This document shows, piece by piece, positions 58,323 through 64,000 of a stretch of 64,000 bases of DNA. The number at the start of each line of letters is the position of its first letter. Positions within the stretch are counted from its first letter, which is position 1. The DNA is taken from NCBI RefSeq assembly GCF_024521635.1, contig NW_026250406.1:930001-994000 (forward strand). The letters are read 5' to 3'. Source of the stretch: Tricharina praecox. Its lineage: Eukaryota. The notes under the pieces were generated by a model. That model did not search any database. It was not told the origin of the DNA and worked only from the letters and a program-made list of their open reading frames with translations. Made by a program: the position numbers and the translations under genes.

Positions 58323-61300
58323 ATGTCGCTCAGTCTCTACAAACCTCTGGGCGATAATAACGAGGCGGTGCGACTGCAGGCTGCGCAGCAGCTCGCTGGC
58401 GAACTCTCGGAACTCCTGGCTGGCGAACACACAGAAAAGTCGAAGGCCGACGTCGACTATGCGTTGAAGCGGTTGACGAGGGGAATTGGCAGTGGAAGGG
58501 ATAGCGCACGGCCGGGATTTGCCGTGGTGTTGACGGAGGTGAGTTCATGCGCTGGGAGGGTGGGCGGGGGAGTTTGGGCAGGGAGTTTTTTAAGGCTGAT
58601 CACGGCGCAAGCCACACAGTTCCTGACGAACCTTGCCGCCGGCGGGAATGCCGAGAAGTGGGGGATCTCTCTGGACGATGCGGTAACAGCGGTGGTGAAG
58701 AATACGACGCCGCAGGGCCACTCGAGCGGACAGGAGGAGCGCGATGCGTGGCTGGGCCGGCTGTTTGGGCTGCAGAGTCTCGTGCAGAGCAATATCCTCT
58801 TCTCGACGGAGGATGCGGTGACCGAGAAGTATCCGGCCGTCCTGGACCTGCTGTTTGAGGTCGCGAATAAGAAGCCCTGGCTTATGGAGTCCTCCGCTTG
58901 GACTATTGCCGCCAGTGTTCCGAGGTGGCCGCAGGAGACGAGCGCGAAGGCTGCCGAGATCACCTACGCGAAGTTGATATCGAGCGGAATGGCGAAGACT
59001 GGCGAGGGCGTCGGGATTTGGTTGGCGCTGAGAGCGCACTTGCCCGAGGTCACCCCGCCAAAGGATGTGTGGAGCAAGGGATCGCCACTGGTCACCGGGA
59101 ATCTAGCGACGCTTGCCAGAGTGCTGAAGGAGAGTGGGGCGAAGGAGGAAGGAATCAAGACCAAGGGCAGCTGGAATCCGAAACTTGGGTTCGTCTGGGA
59201 GTCGATACTCAATGTCTATTTTTCGGAGGAGGCGCAATGGAAGGCGGTCAGGGAAGGGAAACCGGCTGCGGCGGAGTGGGCCGAGTTTTGGAGGGCGGTT
59301 GTTGATGGTGAGTTCTTGCCTTTTCCCGTGTGTTTTTGACCCACATTCCTTTGCCTATGGATAAGCTGGCCGTTGTGAATCCTCTTCGGAGGGTTATCCT
59401 GCGGTCATCTATGGTTTGGACGTATACCGGAATACGTGGGAGAGCAATATTCGTTCGTTCTGTGCCATCTCCACCCTGACCTCTCCGAACTGAGAGACTC
59501 GGGACTTTGTGACTGGCATACATCTGGGTTTTCCCATAATCATTATTTATGAGGACCATAGCTAACTCATAACCCGCCCAGAAAGCCTGTTTTCGAGCTC
59601 ATCAAGCGAAGAGCGCAAATTCTGGGGCTTCCTCTTCTTCCTCAAGGCCCTGGACCGCATCACTACACCCCCGGACCTCACCGCCATGTTCTCCAAGAAC
59701 TTCATGCGCTGCATGACCAACCAGCTTGCTGATGTAGAACGGTACCTCAACAAGGCCGCGGCGAAGGTCTCGCGTGCCCTGATTGCAAAGTCAGAATCTG
59801 CAGCGTGGACAGCGCCAGTTATCTTCAAGCAGCTGGTGGCAAACAATGGATCGCCGAACTTTGATCAGCTCACCCGGACCAAGACCGTGGATAAGGTGTT
59901 GTGTTCCGCCGATGAAGCCGGGTTGGTCGAGGTCGTCAAGGTGCTCGGAGATGTCATTTCGAATCCCCTCGGATCGTTGTCGGACGTGGAGGACGGAACG
60001 AAGGTTGCGGAGGTCCGGAGGCAATGGGCAGCGGATCAAATCCTTTCAGCTATAAGAAGCGGGAAGACTGTCAAATCCGAGAGCTGGCTCAAGAAGGTCA
60101 TCGAGCTGTTTGCTACCTATGGCTACTTTGATGTGGTGGACAAGAAAAAGAAGCCGGTTGTCCCCGTGACGACAATCAGCCAAGGAATGTTCAGAGCACG
60201 ACTGATGAGTTCGCTCACGCACTTGATCACGTTGACAGCAGGTGTCGACAACAGCGAAAGCTGGCCGTACTTGGCGGTGAAGACCCTCGCCGAGCTGGAG
60301 GAGAAGAAGAACAGCTACAAATTTGTGGTCGAATTCGACGAAAAGATCGCCGAGGCTCTGGAAAAAGCTACCACAACGGTCGAGAAGCTGCGGAAAAAGC
60401 GGGCATCGGATCCTGCCGATATCCAGCTCCTCTCGTTCGAGCTCCTCTACTCGCTCATCATCCTGCAAGTGTACAACGGAGAATCGGATGCGCTCAGTGT
60501 ACTCGAGGATCTGCAGTCCATTCAGAAGAAGATTTTGAAGCTGGAAGCGAAGGCGAAGAAATCGAAGAAGGGAAAGACTGCTGTGATTGAGGACGAGGAG
60601 ATGAACATGGACATGGATCCGTCTGCGGTGCTAGTGGACATCCTGCTCTCTTTCTTGTCCAAGCCCTCTATGCTCCTCAAGCGTCTTGCACAGACCGTTT
60701 TTACCTCCTTTTGTGGATCCATCACCAGGGAGGGACTAGAGCGTTGCTTTGAGGTGCTGGAGACTAAAGAGGGCCTTGACGGCCAAGCTACGCTGTTCGA
60801 TAACGAAAACGACGACGAGGAGGAGGAGGATGACGATGATATGGAAGATCTCGACTCAGATGTAGAAATGCTATCGAATCCCGAAGGCGACGACGACGGC
60901 GAAGACTCCGACGTTGAGTTCCTCTCCGCGAGCGAGTCCGAGTCGGAGTCCGAGTCCGTCGCCGACCGCAACGAAGAAGAAGCCCGCAAACTCGAAGCCG
61001 CCCTCCAAACCGTCCTTTCCGCACCCGCCGGCGAAGATTCCGATTCCGACGCGGACCTTGACGACGAAGCGATGCTCGCGCTCGACGCGCAGATCTCTAA
61101 CATCTTCGCGAAGCGAAAGGAAGCCTCAAGCAAGAAGTCGCAGAAGAAGGAAGCAAAAGAATTGATCGTCCACTTCAAGGCGAAGATCCTAGAGCTTCTC
61201 GAGATCTTTGCAAAGACGGCGCCCCGGAGCCCACTGGCGCTCGAGATGTTGCTGCCATGCTTGGTCCTGTCAAGGTCTACGAGAGATCAGAAGCTCCAGG

Positions 61301-61809
61301 AGAAGGCGTTCGGCGTGGTCCGTACTTTCGCGCATAACTCTAAGCGCGAAGGACTCCCGGTGTTGAGCGGTGAGGATGTCGACCGCGCCTGGGAACTGTT
61401 GGAGGCTGTGCACGTCGAGGCTGGCAAGGGCGGCGCGAAAGGAAGACGGGCGACATGCTCCTCGGCTAGCATATTGGTCGTTAGGACACTCGCCGCTGCT
61501 GACGGTGATACGGTGGACACGTTGACGAGAGTCACGGCGGTCTACGGGGCTACGATGGCGCGCTGGGTGGCGGATCCGAAGTTAGGCATTGACAATGGGT
61601 TCTTTTCGGATTTGGTGGGATGGGCGGGAAGTGTTAGGGGGAAGTTTGGGAAAGAGGAAGTCCTGGCGCCCACGGTCGAGGTGGCTGTTGGGAAAGGGAA
61701 GGAGAAGCGGAAACGTGGTGAGAATGAGGATGAGGTGGTGGAGGTGAAAACTAATGGCGGCGGGAAGAATAAGAAGAGGAAGAAGGGTGGAAAGAAGGGG
61801 CGGAATTAG
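58323..61809 (+). CDS. POL5: Pol5 / DNA polymerase phi (MYBBP1A-like rRNA biogenesis factor), about 1043 aa; exons 58323-58538, 58620-59307, 59582-61809
   Basis: YALKRLTRGIGSGRDSARPGFAVVLTE, GQEERDAWLGRLFGL, FWRAVVDESLFSSSSSEERKFWGF, FSKNFMRCMTNQL, NFDQLTRTKTV, an acidic tract, DDEAMLALD, HFKAKILELLEIF and a basic C-terminal NLS/NoLS. Both introns are GTGAGT...CAG with branch sites. Confidence 0.92.
59340..59525 (+). ncRNA. Candidate intronic box H/ACA snoRNA
   Basis: Lies in the unusually long (274 nt) Pol5 intron 2. Hairpin 1 is closed by CCCAC-ATTCC / GGAAT-AC-GTGGG and followed directly by H box AGAGCA (59441-59446). Hairpin 2 is closed by TGTGCCA / TGGCATA with upper stem CTCTC/GAGAG, followed by ACA (59520-59522) plus 3 nt. 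Confidence 0.72.
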
Positions 61810-61966
61810 TTGGACCATGTGAAGGTCCTATGTACCATATATACCTGTCGCGGCATAATGGGTGTCGGACAATAAAAGCTGCCTTTTCCCGTTACAAGTA
61901 GAGATTGACCATTCCACTTCGCTCATCTAGAGTACACATCTACAACGCAAAGCTCCACACCTGTGT

Positions 61967-63397
<1,431 letters not shown>

Positions 63398-64000
63398 TCA
63401 TTGGTTGGATGACGTTGATAGCAGGAGGACGGTTTCGAAGCGGGGAGACAGGGGTTGGTTGCGATTGAAGACAAGAGCCGTGTCTTAGAAGTAGATTATG
63501 TAGACACACGGAGAGATGGAGCAAATTCTTCAGGCCAAATTTCATCCAATTCTGTTCAATTTACTCTTCATCTCCATCCTCTCTCTCTCGTCAGCTTCAG
63601 TCACTCACGGGACCCGAGAGCACGTGCTCAAGTGATCATATTCGGTAAATTCCACACCATGCGGCTCAACTTCCGCTTCAGTCTCATTTAGCGGTCTTTT
63701 AATAACAAGCCACCTCTCGACCTTCCAACCCACCGACCATCCCGCCAACCATCCTCCATCCAATTCATCTCAACCCCGCCGACCCAGCAGCAAGCAGCAA
63801 GCATCTAACCGGCTGGAAATTTTGCTGTTTTCATCACAGCTCTTTCAAGCTAAAACCACAGGAAGCAGCAAGACGATCTTCATCGACAGACGGGAACTTA
63901 CACACATCAAACTTGTCACACTCAAAACAGCGGTTGTAGTTTTGCACTTACCACACTTGACTACATCACGACCCAGCAGCTGAAGAGGCCTGATCATCAC

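Overview
Eukaryotic DNA from a filamentous ascomycete fungus, judged from short GT-AG introns with CTAAC/CTGAC branch sites and the gene content. No prokaryotic features or CRISPR arrays are present. The window has two very different halves. The right part (44.8-63.2 kb) is gene-dense and holds four housekeeping genes, all rebuilt here exon by exon: DNA polymerase eta (8 exons, minus), the dynein cortical anchor ApsA/Num1 (3 exons, plus), Pol5/MYBBP1A (3 exons, plus) and ferrochelatase (2 exons, minus). The long second intron of Pol5 contains a well-formed H/ACA snoRNA candidate. The left part (about 1.2-43.5 kb) is a gene desert of about 42 kb, saturated with microsatellites and short palindromes. 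It is bounded on the left by a hypothetical gene running off the window edge and on the right by a decayed hAT transposon with terminal inverted repeats (TIRs). The only credible gene I found in the desert is a 2-exon, 61-aa microprotein at 28578-28840 with a C-x6-C-x10-C-x2-C motif, a TATA box and an ATG-free leader. The ORF track misses it because it is spliced. A tiny putative zinc-binding protein flanked by about 27 kb upstream and 16 kb downstream of non-coding DNA is the most striking observation. All calls come from reading the sequence by eye; no database searches were run.
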